The notes beneath the pieces were generated by a model, which was not told where the DNA came from, made no database searches, and was given only the letters and a program-made list of their open reading frames with translations. From an uncultured cyanobacterium (GTDB taxonomy: Bacteria; Cyanobacteriota; Cyanobacteriia; Cyanobacteriales; Nostocaceae): DNA of 64,000 nt. A program made the translations under genes and the position numbers. The stretch spans positions 3,008,001-3,072,000 of the forward strand of contig CAVUDP010000002.1 in the NCBI GenBank assembly GCA_963740315.1, given 5' to 3'. Below are positions 51,085 to 63,867 of the stretch, piece by piece; the stretch's first letter is position 1; each line of letters starts with the position of its first letter.

Positions 51085-51287
51085 CATCTTCAAGCCAAAA
51101 TGATTACTATACAAATGCACAAGCTAAAAGTTGTGTAAGACTGGCACAAAATATTACTTGTTTCTATCAGTTACCGATACACGTAATCAGGTTGGATGAG
51201 CGCACAAACAATATTTTTATTCTTGCGGGTGAAGATTTAGGAATAAGCGTACTCAAAGACGGGAATTGGAGATTTGAAGATGAATGA
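51081..51287 (+). CDS. DUF6888-like small protein
   Basis: T.AQ...C..L, IRLDERT.NIFILAGE and GNWRF motifs. Confidence 0.7.
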   Translation: MTSSSQNDYYTNAQAKSCVRLAQNITCFYQLPIHVIRLDERTNNIFILAGEDLGISVLKDGNWRFEDE

Positions 51288-51462
51288 TTTTCAGAACATG
51301 AGTATTAAGCAGTTAAAAACGTATTTAAAGACTAATCAAGGAGATACGGAAGCTTTTCACGTATTAATGGACAAGTTGAATGCAAAACCAAATCAGAAAT
51401 TATACAGCGCTGACGAGATTGACAAATTAGGGGAATTAATAAAAGGTAAGGGTAAAAAATAA
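51274..51462 (+). CDS. DUF6887-like small protein
   Basis: DFQNMS..QLK.YL....D.EAF..LMD motif. It overlaps the preceding gene. Confidence 0.7.
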   Translation: MKMNDFQNMSIKQLKTYLKTNQGDTEAFHVLMDKLNAKPNQKLYSADEIDKLGELIKGKGKK

Positions 51463-51722
51463 AAATTGGTAGGTTGGGTTAGACACGAAAATAAATTGGA
51501 TTTGTAACGTGTATCTAGTTGGTAGGTTGGGTGAAGCTCATACTTTACCTGGCGCTTTGTTACCACGGCTACACAAGCAAAACCCGCAGTAAGGCGGGTT
51601 AAAGATTAATTAGTTTGTAAGTTGGGTTAGATACGAAAAAAAATTGAATTTACAACGCGAATTTATCTTATCGTGTCGTAACCCAACATCTATAGGACTT
51701 ACGCAACTAGCACATTTTTCTT

Positions 51723-51943
51723 GTAGGGTGTGTGACGCATTTATCTCGTTTGAACGTAGCAATAAGATTTGTAACGTCACGCACAATCAACCATTTGTGA
51801 CAATATCGTAAGTCCCGATCTATAGGAATCCGGTTTGAATATTGAAAAAAATTAGGTATTTGTAGGGTGTGTTACGACTTCAGTCTAACGCACCGAAAGC
51901 CTTATTTAATGGTGCGTTGCACGCAGCAAGCAACACACCCTAC
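51723..51943. repeat. GTAG-tagged REP family C (GTAGGGTGTGT...ACGCAC)
   Basis: Copies at ~51723-51784 and ~51862-51943, with relatives at ~47395-47484 and ~62248-62350. Confidence 0.7.
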
Positions 51944-52086
51944 GTATGTTTAAAAAATAAATTAGGATTCCTATATCTCGATTGTAAACAAAATATTTTT
52001 TGTATTTAATAGTTAGTAAAATTCATAAATTCTAATTTTATATTTCCAACTTCTCATATAATTCCATCAATCAGGAGTTAATAAAG

Positions 52087-52527
52087 ATGACAACATCTAC
52101 TAACAAAATGGGAATTGTTATCACAAAAATAACCGTAACGAATTTAGTCGATGAAATATTAGCGGAAAGAGGTTTTATTCCCAGCGAAGAAGTTCGCTCA
52201 ATTACTTTAGATAATGTTTTAGTAGATACTGGTGCAACTCGTCTTTGTTTACCAGGAAATATTATTACTCAATTAGGTTTACCGCTTGAAAGTGAAATTG
52301 ATGTTAAAACAGCGGCAGGTATTTGTAAAACACATCTTTTTAAGCGAGTGAGTATAACAGTAGAAGGAAGAAAAGGAGAATTCACCTGCACGGAATTACC
52401 GGGAGGAGAAGATGCACTTTTGGGTGTAATTCCGATGGAAGAATTAGGATTGCAACCAGATATTATTAATCAACGATTGATTTTGCTTCCTCAGACGGGG
52501 AAAGATACTTATCATACGATTTTATAA
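52087..52527 (+). CDS. Clan AA (retropepsin-like) aspartic protease
   Basis: LVDTGAT catalytic motif, VKTA.G flap and LLG..P.E motif. Confidence 0.85.
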   Translation: MTTSTNKMGIVITKITVTNLVDEILAERGFIPSEEVRSITLDNVLVDTGATRLCLPGNIITQLGLPLESEIDVKTAAGICKTHLFKRVSITVEGRKGEFTCTELPGGEDALLGVIPMEELGLQPDIINQRLILLPQTGKDTYHTIL

Positions 52528-52548
52528 TTTTTTATAGATTAAATAGTT

Positions 52549-52989
52549 ATGACTGCTGAGGAATTATTGGAAAGGTATGAGAAAGGGGAGAGAGATTTTA
52601 GTGGGGTTGATTTGAGTGGAGTTAATTTGGAAGAGGTTTGTCTTGATGGAATCAATCTCGAAGAGGCTAATCTTAGTAGAAGCCTCTTCTTCCATTGCAC
52701 CTTTCGGGAAGCTATTTTCAGAAATGCCAACCTGGAAGGAGCCGATCTCATGCTGACTACTTTGGATGAAACCGATTTCCGAGGCGCTAATCTCAGGTAT
52801 TGTAATACTAGGGAAACTACCATGATTCGTGCCAACTTCCAAGGTGCTAGGGAAGAAGGAACTGCTCTCGGTGGTTACATGTACAATACCATTTTGCCTG
52901 ATGGTCGTGTTGTCTCCGACCCGATCCCGAAAGAGATAGATGGATCGCTGAAGGGAATGACTTCTGAATATGCCATTAACAGTTCGTAG
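52549..52989 (+). CDS. Pentapeptide repeat protein
   Basis: LLERY..GERDF, A(N/D)L repeats and TILPDG. Confidence 0.9.
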   Translation: MTAEELLERYEKGERDFSGVDLSGVNLEEVCLDGINLEEANLSRSLFFHCTFREAIFRNANLEGADLMLTTLDETDFRGANLRYCNTRETTMIRANFQGAREEGTALGGYMYNTILPDGRVVSDPIPKEIDGSLKGMTSEYAINSS

Positions 52990-53583
52990 TTTGTAGGTTG
53001 GGTTAGACACGAAAACAAAATTGGATTCGTAACGCGAAATTATACTATCATGTCGTAACCCAACATCAAGATTGTGGATAAAATATTTTAATTTAACTCT
53101 TAATTTTTAATACCTTAATTCCCGATTCCTAATTTCCCCGCATTAATGTTGGGTTACGGCGAATCAGCTAATTCTCTCCTTGAAAATCGTAATTTGTCTT
53201 TCGCCTAACCCAACCTACAAAATACAAATAAATATAATAGTTACTTAGTTGAAATAATTAGTCCATTTCAATGAACTTTTGCTATTAGCTGGGGGTTTGC
53301 AACCTCCAGTGGATGTGAGCGCAATTGGATAATTCAGAATAATTCAAATTAATGTTGGGTTACGGCGAATCAGATAAATATTTCGTTGAAAATTATAATT
53401 TGTCGTGCGCGGTGAAGCCAACCTACAAAATACAAACAAATAATTTGCCCTTCCCCGTGAAGCCAACCTACAAATTAGAAGAAGAAAGCGATAAATCGCT
53501 TACTACGAACCAAGAAACCCGGCTTTTGAACAAAAAACCGGGCTTGTAAAACTTTTAACTCCTAACTCCTAATTCCTAACTTT

Positions 53584-54891
<1,308 letters not shown>

Positions 54892-55271
54892 TTATAACTA
54901 CTTTGTTGAAATCGGGAGTCATAACTCCCACAGTTAGAATAGAGGTTTACGCCACTATAGAATAGATGTTTACGCGACTATATAAGCGGAGATTAAAAAA
55001 TTTTTCCACTGGTAGGGGAATAACAAGTGAGGAGTCAAGAATTATTTGATGCAATAATTGTTCCGTATATTCTCTTGTATTTTGATATTCTGTAATTGGT
55101 TTGTAGTAAGGACTTTAGTCCTTTGAAGAAAGCGATAAATCGCTTACTACGAGCCTTTATTTATTTGTCAAAACTAATAGGGGCATTCAATTTGATACTT
55201 AAGCTTTCGTTGTTAAGCAAGAAACATTAATTTTTGAAAAAAAGTCGATAATTATACTTAATTGTGTAAGT

Positions 55272-56867
55272 GTGATGGAGTTGAGCGTGAAGCAGTTTCT
55301 CAAGCAAGTAATTCGTTCTCCAAAGCTGTTAACAGCAGGTTTGCTAAGTTGTGGAATTTTTACCCAGCTTTGTATTCCCTCAGAAGCAGCTTTTACAGGA
55401 AAGGGGGACAAGGAGACAAGGGGACAAGGAGACAAGGAGAATATTAATTTAATTGCTTCCCCCTCTACCCCCTCTCAAATCCTGGCTCAACAAACTTCGG
55501 TAGATCAACTTTCAGATGTCAAGCCAACAGATTGGGCTTATCAAGCTTTAAAATCTTTGATTGAAAAATATGGCGTAATCACGGGTTTACCGGATGGAAC
55601 TTTTAAAGGCGATCGCGCTGTTACTCGTTATGAATTCGCTGCTGGTTTAGCTGCGACTTTGGATAATGTGGCAAATTCTATTGTTACTTCTAGCAACGAT
55701 AGGTATATTCAACAAGATCGGATTACTTTACGACGGTTACAACAAGAATTCGGTAAAGATTTGCGGGATTTACGAACGCGCTTAAATGATATAGAATCTC
55801 GTTCTTCTGAGATAAGCGCAAATCAGTTTTCGACTACTACTAAGTTAAAAGGACAGCAAATTGTTGGTTTAACGGATGGTAGAAGAGCGAATTTAAGTGC
55901 GGTTTCTCGAACTCGATTGACTTTTAAAACTAGTTTTAGTCAAAAAGATTTGCTAGTAACTCAATTGGAATCTGGTAACAACGGTGGTGATGCTGTTGGT
56001 TTAGCGCAAAAGGAAGATTCTAATTTACTGGGAAGCAATGGTATTTTTGCCAATGCTGGCGGACTTGATTTCACCGATGTCGAAGATGATGTTAGACTCA
56101 GGCGTTTGTATTATACTTTACGTCCTTCGTCGGATTTGGCGGTAACTGTAGGAACGAAAATGTCACCGCGAGATTTTATCGACGGTAATCGCTATGCAAA
56201 TAATGAAGCCGCTGATTTTAGTTCGGGAATTTTTCTAAATAATCCTTTGATTGTCCAAAATCGAATCGATCGCAATGGTGGTGCTGGTGCTGCTGTTGCC
56301 TGGAAACCTAAAAATAGTAAACTGGCTTTTCGTTCGCTTTATATTGCCGGGGATGCCAATCGAAGCTCAGATGATAACGGCTTATTTGGCGATCCGCATC
56401 AAGCCAGTGCTGAGTTAGAATATACTTTTAGCGACAAATTAACTTTAAGACTGCAATATACAAACGCCGAAATTGACGACACTAATATCAATGCTTACGG
56501 AGTAAATGCCCAATACAGCCTTAACCGCAATACAGGAATTTTTGGTCGTTTGGGCATCGGTAATTATCAAGGATTTAATGCGGCTATAGATCGAGACTTA
56601 GATTTAAACCCCGTTAGTTGGACGCTTGGTGTTGGTTTGCGTAACATTGGCATTCCCGGTACTATTGCAGGTGTCGCAATTGGTCAACCTTTTGTTAGCG
56701 ATGGCTTGGGAAATGCAACTCAAACTAATTTTGAGACTTTTTATAATCTGCGATTAAGCGATAATATCAGCGTTACTCCCGCCATTTCTTTAGTAGTTAA
56801 TCCCGACAACGACAGCAATCAAGATACTATTTGGCAAACTTCGTTTAGATCGGTGTTTTCGTTTTAA
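55272..56867 (+). CDS. SLH-domain OprB-type porin (divergent fourth copy)
   Basis: LSDVKPTDWAYQAL SLH motif, NQFSTTTKL and a C-terminal Phe. Confidence 0.92.
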   Translation: MMELSVKQFLKQVIRSPKLLTAGLLSCGIFTQLCIPSEAAFTGKGDKETRGQGDKENINLIASPSTPSQILAQQTSVDQLSDVKPTDWAYQALKSLIEKYGVITGLPDGTFKGDRAVTRYEFAAGLAATLDNVANSIVTSSNDRYIQQDRITLRRLQQEFGKDLRDLRTRLNDIESRSSEISANQFSTTTKLKGQQIVGLTDGRRANLSAVSRTRLTFKTSFSQKDLLVTQLESGNNGGDAVGLAQKEDSNLLGSNGIFANAGGLDFTDVEDDVRLRRLYYTLRPSSDLAVTVGTKMSPRDFIDGNRYANNEAADFSSGIFLNNPLIVQNRIDRNGGAGAAVAWKPKNSKLAFRSLYIAGDANRSSDDNGLFGDPHQASAELEYTFSDKLTLRLQYTNAEIDDTNINAYGVNAQYSLNRNTGIFGRLGIGNYQGFNAAIDRDLDLNPVSWTLGVGLRNIGIPGTIAGVAIGQPFVSDGLGNATQTNFETFYNLRLSDNISVTPAISLVVNPDNDSNQDTIWQTSFRSVFSF

Positions 56868-57119
56868 ATTAAGAATGGGTAATTGGGGATGGGTAATTGG
56901 GGATGGGGATGAGTGAAAGTCAGGAGTAAGGAGTTAGAAATTGGAATTTAGAAATTAAGAGTGCCTGTATAATTTTAAATTTTATATATTATGAAGTCTT
57001 TTACTATTGGTTTATATCTGCTTGTAAATGTATTCCTAGATATGCACTAATTGATAATTCGTTACTTATAACTTTTAATTTTGCCAATCCCCCATCACCA
57101 ATTCCCAATTCCCAATTTG

Positions 57120-57172
57120 AAAATCTAAAATCTAAAATCTAAAATCTAAAATCTAAAATCTAAAATCTAAAA
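57120..57172. repeat. (AAAATCT)n STRR directly upstream of clpB
   Basis: About seven tandem 7-mers. Confidence 0.9.
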
Positions 57173-57180
57173 TTCTTAAT

Positions 57181-59844
57181 ATGCAGCCTACAGATCCAGA
57201 TAAATTTACTGATAAAGCCTGGGAAGCAATTGTTAAATCTCAGGATATTGTCCGTGCTTACCAACAACAGCAGTTAGATGTGGAACATTTGATGCTGGCT
57301 CTTTTGGAACAAGATAATGGGCTGGCTCATAAGGTTCTAAGCCGCGCTGGGGTGGAAATTGAGCGTTTGCAGCAACAGCTTGAAGATTTTACTCGCCGTC
57401 AGCCGAAGGTGGGCAGAAGCGACCAATTATACCTGGGCAAGGGTCTTGACCGAATGCTTGATGGTGCTGAAGATGCCAAGGAAAGGATGAATGATGCCTA
57501 CATTAGTGTGGAGCATCTTCTGCTGGCTTTTGCTGAAGAGGAACGTGTTGGTAGAAAAATATTTAGAAGTTTAAATGCTAGTACTGACGATCTAGAAACT
57601 GCGATTAAAAATGTCCGGGGTAGTCAAAAGGTAACTGACCAAAATCCCGAATCTCGTTATGAAGCTTTAGACAAGTTTGGTAGAGATTTAACCGAACAAG
57701 CAAAAGCCGGTAAACTCGATCCGGTAATTGGACGAGATGAAGAAATCCGTCGCGTGATTCAGGTGTTGTCTCGTCGCAGTAAAAATAATCCCGTTTTGAT
57801 TGGCGAACCTGGAGTTGGAAAAACTGCGATCGCCGAAGCGTTGGCTCAAAGAATTATTAATGGTGATGTTCCCGAATCGCTGAAGAATCGGCAAATCTTC
57901 GGTTTGGATATGGGTAGTTTGATTGCTGGAGCAAAGTATCGCGGTGAGTTTGAAGATAGATTAAAAGCTGTTCTCCGCGAAGTTACTGAGTCTGCCGGTC
58001 AAATAGTTTTATTTATTGATGAGTTACATACGGTAGTCGGTGCCGGATCGGGACAGCAAGGTTCGATGGATGCCGGTAATTTACTCAAGCCGATGTTAGC
58101 GCGGGGTGAATTGCGCTGTATTGGTGCTACAACCTTGGATGAATATAGGAAATATATCGAAAAAGATCCGGCTTTAGAACGGCGTTTTCAACAAGTTTTA
58201 GTTACTCAACCTACTGTAGAAAACACGATTTCTATTTTGCGGGGACTCAAGGAACGTTATGAAGTCCACCACAACGTTAAAATTTCCGATTCTGCCTTGG
58301 TAGCAGCCGCTACACTGTCAGCGCGTTACATTGCCGATCGCTTTTTACCAGATAAAGCGATCGATTTGGTAGATGAAGCCGCAGCGCAGTTGAAAATGGA
58401 AATTACTTCCAAACCTGCGGAATTAGAAAATATCGAGCGTCGTTTGATGCAGCTAGAAATGGAAAAGCTGTCTTTAGCTGGAGAAGAAAAAACCACGTTA
58501 CAGACGCAGCAGCGGTTAGAGCGAATCGAGCAAGAAATCGAAGATTTGACCGGAAAGCAGGAAGATTTCAACGCTCAATGGCAGGGTGAAAAGCAGGTAT
58601 TAGAAGATATCAGCGCTTTGAAGCAAGAAGAAGAAAAATTACGAGTTCAAATTGAACAAGCAGAACGTGCTTACGATCTTAATACCGCAGCACAATTAAA
58701 ATATGGGAAATTAGAAAGAGTACAGCGCGATCGCGAAATTAAGGAAGCGAAGTTATTAGAAGTTCAAAGTAAAGGCTCTAGTTTGTTAAGAGAGCAAGTT
58801 ACTGAAGACGATATTGCCGAAATTGTGGCGAAATGGACGGGAATTCCCATAAATAGCCTGTTAGAGTCGGAAAGGCAAAAATTATTGCAGTTAGAAGAAC
58901 ATCTTCATAAGCGAGTTATCGGACAAGATGAAGCAGTATCGGCAGTATCGGCTGCTATTCGTCGCGCTCGTGCGGGAATGAAAGATCCTCAACGCCCCAT
59001 CGGTTCGTTTTTATTCATGGGACCTACGGGTGTTGGTAAAACAGAATTGGCGCGGGCTTTAGCAAAATTCATGTTTGATTCCGAAGACGCTATGGTGCGT
59101 TTGGATATGTCGGAATACATGGAAAAGCACTCTGTATCCCGCTTAGTGGGAGCGCCTCCGGGTTACGTTGGTTTTGAAGAAGGCGGTCAACTTTCCGAAG
59201 CCGTGCGCCGTCGCCCTTATTCTGTGATACTGCTTGACGAAGTTGAAAAAGCTCATCCAGATGTATTTAATATTTTGTTGCAAGTTTTAGATGACGGTAG
59301 AATTACTGATTCTCAAGGAAGACTTGTAGACTTTCGTAACAGCGTCATTGTGATGACAAGTAACATTGGTAGCGAGCATATATTAGATATATCCGGCGAT
59401 GATTCGCAATATGAAAAAATGCGGAATCAAGTCATGGAAGCATTGCGAAAACACTTCCGCCCCGAATTTGTTAACCGCATCGACGATTTAATTATTTTCC
59501 ATGCTTTAGGTAGAAAACAAATGGGAGATATTGCTCGCATTCAGTTAAAACGGGTAGAAAATCTATTAGCAGATCAAAAAATCGCCGTTGAAATTACCCC
59601 CGCAGCTTGCGATCGCTTAATAGAAATTGGTTACGATCCAACCTACGGCGCTCGCCCAATCAAACGAGCAATTCAGCGAGAAATCGAAAACCCCCTTGCC
59701 ACCAAGATTTTAGAAAACACCTTTATTCCCGGTGACACCATCATCATCGATCGAGGTAAAACCGCGTTAACATTCAAGAAAAAAGCCGTCGTCAAAGTAT
59801 CGCCAGTTAATACCGTGCAATTGGTGGAATCGGCAGAAGGGTGA
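57181..59844 (+). CDS. clpB: Chaperone ClpB
   Basis: Two AAA+ modules ([16 protein letters not shown]) and a middle coiled-coil domain. Confidence 0.97.
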   Translation: MQPTDPDKFTDKAWEAIVKSQDIVRAYQQQQLDVEHLMLALLEQDNGLAHKVLSRAGVEIERLQQQLEDFTRRQPKVGRSDQLYLGKGLDRMLDGAEDAKERMNDAYISVEHLLLAFAEEERVGRKIFRSLNASTDDLETAIKNVRGSQKVTDQNPESRYEALDKFGRDLTEQAKAGKLDPVIGRDEEIRRVIQVLSRRSKNNPVLIGEPGVGKTAIAEALAQRIINGDVPESLKNRQIFGLDMGSLIAGAKYRGEFEDRLKAVLREVTESAGQIVLFIDELHTVVGAGSGQQGSMDAGNLLKPMLARGELRCIGATTLDEYRKYIEKDPALERRFQQVLVTQPTVENTISILRGLKERYEVHHNVKISDSALVAAATLSARYIADRFLPDKAIDLVDEAAAQLKMEITSKPAELENIERRLMQLEMEKLSLAGEEKTTLQTQQRLERIEQEIEDLTGKQEDFNAQWQGEKQVLEDISALKQEEEKLRVQIEQAERAYDLNTAAQLKYGKLERVQRDREIKEAKLLEVQSKGSSLLREQVTEDDIAEIVAKWTGIPINSLLESERQKLLQLEEHLHKRVIGQDEAVSAVSAAIRRARAGMKDPQRPIGSFLFMGPTGVGKTELARALAKFMFDSEDAMVRLDMSEYMEKHSVSRLVGAPPGYVGFEEGGQLSEAVRRRPYSVILLDEVEKAHPDVFNILLQVLDDGRITDSQGRLVDFRNSVIVMTSNIGSEHILDISGDDSQYEKMRNQVMEALRKHFRPEFVNRIDDLIIFHALGRKQMGDIARIQLKRVENLLADQKIAVEITPAACDRLIEIGYDPTYGARPIKRAIQREIENPLATKILENTFIPGDTIIIDRGKTALTFKKKAVVKVSPVNTVQLVESAEG

Positions 59845-59873
59845 TGGTTAAGAAGTGGTTAAAATAAACCCGA

Positions 59874-60080
59874 ATCCGCCACGGATTGAAAATCCCTGTC
59901 TCATAGCAAAAGTCCTCTTAAAGAGGACTACAAAAGTTATAGAGCAGGTTTTTAACCTGACGGAGTTTCATTAACAAGAATCCTCTGTTATTGTATTCGT
60001 GCGAAAAGCGTCAATAGCTTATACATAGTCCTATTTATAGGACTTTCGCTATTAGCCAGGGGTTTGCAACCCCTGGCGGT
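59874..60080. mobile_element. Dispersed bipartite-hairpin element of the same family as the tnpA flanks
   Basis: ATCCGCC...ATAGCAAAAGTCCTCTTAAAGAGGACT on the left and AGTCCTATTTATAGGACTTTCGCTATTAGCCAGGGGTTTGCAACCCCTGGCGG on the right. Confidence 0.8.
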
Positions 60081-60210
60081 TTTGTTTATATGTCTAAAGC
60101 AGGTAAAAGATCCTGTTGCCTATTTTCCTAGCTATATTCATCAAACCTGTGAGTTTTTATCTCTAACTGGGAATAATAATCTCGGTAAGCTTTAAAAACC
60201 AGTTTTGAAA

Positions 60211-61185
60211 ATGACTATAGCCGTAAACTTAACCGTTGCTATTCCCACTTACAACGGAGAAAATCGTTTACCCCAGGTATTGGATAAATTAAAAGAACAG
60301 GTAAATACCAAACATATAAATTGGGAAATTATTATTGTTGATAATAACAGTACGGATGGTACCGCACAACTTGTTAAACAATATCAAGAAAATTGGCTAA
60401 AAGACGTACCTTTAAAATACTGCTTTGAACCAGAACAAGGTATATCTTTTGCCAGACAAAAGGCTATGAATGAGGCAACAGGGGAATTAGTCGGATTTAT
60501 TGATGATGATAATCCACCGTTTGAAAATTGGGTAAGTTCGGCTTATAAATTTGCTCAAGAACATCCGAAAGCTGGTGCTTTTAGTAGTAGAATTCACGGT
60601 ATTTTTGAAACTAATCCGCCAGAAGAACTTAAAGATATTACTTTTTATCTAGCTTTAGTCGATCGCGGTTCGGAACCTTTATTGTACGAACCTCGTAAAA
60701 AAGGACTTCCCCCTGGTGCGGGATTAGTGGTACGTCGGGATGTTTGGAAAAAATACGTTCCAGCGAAGTTGTTATTAATAGGTAGAACCAAAAAACGTTG
60801 GATGCCTACTGGTCAAGATGCGGAAGCATTATTGTATATTCATAGAGCAGGGTGGGAAATTTGGTATAACCCTGAAATGGAAATTGAGCATATAATTCCA
60901 TCGTCGCGATTAGAAGAAAAGTATCTGATTGGTTTAATGCGAATCATCGGTTTAGGACGCTTTCATTTACGAATGTTGATGTTTGATTGGTGGCAAAGAC
61001 CTTTTGTTTTTTGTGCTTATCTAATTAACGATTTTAGAAAAACGGTAATGCATTTTATTCGTTACAGAAAGAAGTTAAATCAAGATATTATTGCTACCTG
61101 TGAAATGCAGCGATTGGTAGCAACTTTAATCAGTCCTTTTTATTTATGGCGAATGCAAATTGTTAACTTTATGAAATTATACTGA
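60211..61185 (+). CDS. hpsE: GT2 glycosyltransferase, HpsE-like (hormogonium polysaccharide)
   Basis: VAIPTYNG..RLP.VL..L, DNNSTD, FIDDD, LPPGAGLVVR and WEIWYNP motifs. Confidence 0.7.
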   Translation: MTIAVNLTVAIPTYNGENRLPQVLDKLKEQVNTKHINWEIIIVDNNSTDGTAQLVKQYQENWLKDVPLKYCFEPEQGISFARQKAMNEATGELVGFIDDDNPPFENWVSSAYKFAQEHPKAGAFSSRIHGIFETNPPEELKDITFYLALVDRGSEPLLYEPRKKGLPPGAGLVVRRDVWKKYVPAKLLLIGRTKKRWMPTGQDAEALLYIHRAGWEIWYNPEMEIEHIIPSSRLEEKYLIGLMRIIGLGRFHLRMLMFDWWQRPFVFCAYLINDFRKTVMHFIRYRKKLNQDIIATCEMQRLVATLISPFYLWRMQIVNFMKLY

Positions 61186-61242
61186 GGCTGTTTTTGTAAA
61201 TACAAGATTAGCATATCAATTATTATCCTCTTTTTAATTGAT

Positions 61243-62233
61243 ATGTTAAACAATCTTATATCTGTAATTATACCAGCATATAATGTCGAAAAAACAATTA
61301 AAGAAACGATTGAATCTGTTTTAAATCAAACTTTTACCAATTTTGAATTAATTATTATAAATCCTAGCTCTACGGATGAAACTCTTGCGATTATTTCTCA
61401 AAGAAAAGAATCCGAGAATCAAGGTTTTTTCTTATCCCCATGCAAATGTAGGAGTTAATCGCAATCGTGGCATAAAGCATTCTACTGGAAATTATATAAC
61501 TTTTTTAGATGCAGATGATTTATGGACAACTGATAAATTAGCAGCACAATATAAAGCTTTAGAATCAAAACCTCAAGCTGGAGTTGCCTATAGTTGGACA
61601 AATTGTATAGATGAAAATGGCAAGTTTCTCCGCAAAACTTCTCACGTTAATTGGAATGGAGACATTTATTCTAAATTATTATTAGATGACTTTATTGGTA
61701 ATGGTTCTAACGTCATGTTTCGTAAAGAACTTTTGATTGAGGTTGGTGGTTTTGATGAATCATTAAGCAACGCTCACGATACCGATATGTGGTTAAAATT
61801 ATCAGCTAGAACTGATTTTATTTGCATACCGAAAGCACAAATTTTATATCGAATTCTTCCTCATTCGATGTCATCTAATGTATTAGGACTAGAAAAATCA
61901 AATTTAGAAATTATTCAACGTGCTTTTGCTCGCGAAAAAGCAAAAGAATATCAACATCTAAAGCCTAAAGCAATCGGAAATCTTTATAAATATCTTTGTT
62001 ACAAAGCTCTGAAAGCACCACCAGGAACACAGCAAAGTAAAGTTGCAGTCAGATTTTTGTTTACTGCAATCAAAACAGATATAGGTCTTTTATCCAAACC
62101 GATAATATTCAAAGCAATTTTAAAATTAATAGCAATGATAATTTTACCTTCTAACTGGGCAAATGCGCTTTTTAAAAAACTGCCTCGTTTATCAAATACT
62201 AGTACTTTCTTAGGGTATGAGAAAACAACTTGA
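61243..62233 (+). pseudogene. GT2 glycosyltransferase split by a +1 frameshift near 61400-61407
   Basis: The N-terminus (ISVIIPAYN...ISQ) and the remainder (NPRIKVFSY...FLDADD) are in different frames. Joined, they are collinear with the intact paralogue downstream. Confidence 0.8.
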
Positions 62234-62471
62234 TGTAAATCAGTTAAGTAGGGTGTGTTATGGCGCGACAAGTAAAATTGGATAGTAACAAATATATAGA
62301 TTTCGCGCCTAACGCACCGTTTTTTATTTCAATTTTGTGGTGCGTTACGTTGAGGCGATCGCACTACACTACCTGATGCCCATCCTGGAGTAATTGGATT
62401 ATTGATTATTTGGTAGTTGCGCTTTAACGATCGCATTATTATTTATAAAAAGAAAAAAGGAATTTAATAAA

Positions 62472-63398
62472 ATGTCTATTTCCGTAATAATTCCCGTATT
62501 CAACGGAGAAAAAACAATTAGAGAAACAATAAATTCAATATTAAATCAAACCTTTCAAGATATAGAAGTAATTATAGTTAATGATGGTTCTACAGATGCA
62601 ACTTTAGAAATTGTCAAAAGCATATCCGATTCCCGCATCAAAATATTTTCCTATCCAAACGCCGGTTTATCAGCAAGTCGCAATCGAGGAATTTCTCTAG
62701 CTAATAAAAAATATATTTCGTTTATTGATGCCGATGATTTATGGACACCTGATAAACTCGAATCGCAATGGCAAGCTTTACAATCGAATCCGCAAGCTGC
62801 TGTAGCCTATAGCTGGACTGATTATATTGACGAATCAAGTAAATTTATTAAGTCAGGTAGAAGGGTAAAAGTTAACAGTGATGCTTTTAGTAAACTTTTG
62901 GTAGCGAACTTTTTAGAAAATGGCTCTAACCCTTTGATTGAAAAGACAGCTTTAGATAAAGTTGGTGGTTTTGATGAATCGCTTTTCGCAGCAGAAGATA
63001 AAGATATGTGGTTGCGTCTTGCGGCTAACTACGATTTTGTCTGTGTTGAGAAACCGCAAATTTTATATCGAACATCAACTAACTCAATGTCTACCAATCT
63101 TAAAAGACAAGAAGCTGCATCTTTACAAGTAATTGAACGTGGTTTTAGCTATCCCAAAGCCGAGAAATTACAGCATTTGAAAAAGCAAAGTATTTCACTT
63201 GTTTATCAATATCTGACTTTTAAAGCCATTGAAGCGCCACCAGAAAAACGTCAAACCTTAACTGCTGCCTATTTTTTGTGGAATTGGATTAAAAATAATC
63301 CTGCGGTGGTGAAAAATAAACGAATAATCATAATTGCTGTTTTGAAAATTTTCTTTCCTCAAATGTTTCAGCGAGTTACTCAGTCGAAAGGTTTGTAG
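62472..63398 (+). CDS. GT2 glycosyltransferase
   Basis: ISVIIPVFN, NDGSTD, FIDADD and EDKDMW motifs. Confidence 0.92.
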   Translation: MSISVIIPVFNGEKTIRETINSILNQTFQDIEVIIVNDGSTDATLEIVKSISDSRIKIFSYPNAGLSASRNRGISLANKKYISFIDADDLWTPDKLESQWQALQSNPQAAVAYSWTDYIDESSKFIKSGRRVKVNSDAFSKLLVANFLENGSNPLIEKTALDKVGGFDESLFAAEDKDMWLRLAANYDFVCVEKPQILYRTSTNSMSTNLKRQEAASLQVIERGFSYPKAEKLQHLKKQSISLVYQYLTFKAIEAPPEKRQTLTAAYFLWNWIKNNPAVVKNKRIIIIAVLKIFFPQMFQRVTQSKGL

Positions 63399-63482
63399 TA
63401 AGGGCTTTAGCCCTAGTGGTCGATTGCATTAAATATGATGGGTAAAAAGGTTCGTAGTAAGCGCTTTAGCGCCTCCGGATTT

Positions 63483-63867
63483 GGGGAACCGATGCCCTTA
63501 CTACGAACCTGGGGGACTAAAGTCACTACTACGAACTGGGGGGCTGAAGCCCTTACTACGAACCTGGGAGACTAAAGTCACTACTACGAACTGGGGGGCT
63601 GAAGCCCTTACTACGAACCTGGGAGACTAAAGTCACTACTACGAACTGGGGGGCTGAAGCCCTTACTACGAACCTGGGGGACTAAAGTTATTACTACGAA
63701 CTGGGAGACTAAAGTCACTACTACGAACTGGGGGGCTGAAGCCCTTACTACGAACCTGGGGGACTAAAGTCACTACTACGAACTGGGGGGCTGAAGCCCT
63801 TACTACGAACCTGGGGGGCTGAAGCCCTTACTACGAACTTGGGAGACTAAAGTCATTATTACGAACC
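63483..63867. repeat. Tandem array of 14 REP half-units (27-28 nt)
   Basis: A=GGG(G/A)GACTAAAGTCACTACTACGAACT and B=GGGGGGCTGAAGCCCTTACTACGAACCT, in the order C-A-B-A-B-A-B-A'-A-B-A-B-B-A''. Confidence 0.93.

Noticed and set aside
63483..63867. CRISPR array
   Set aside because: There are no unique spacers, the variable part alternates between two hairpin alleles, the units match dispersed REP family A, and no cas genes are in the window.
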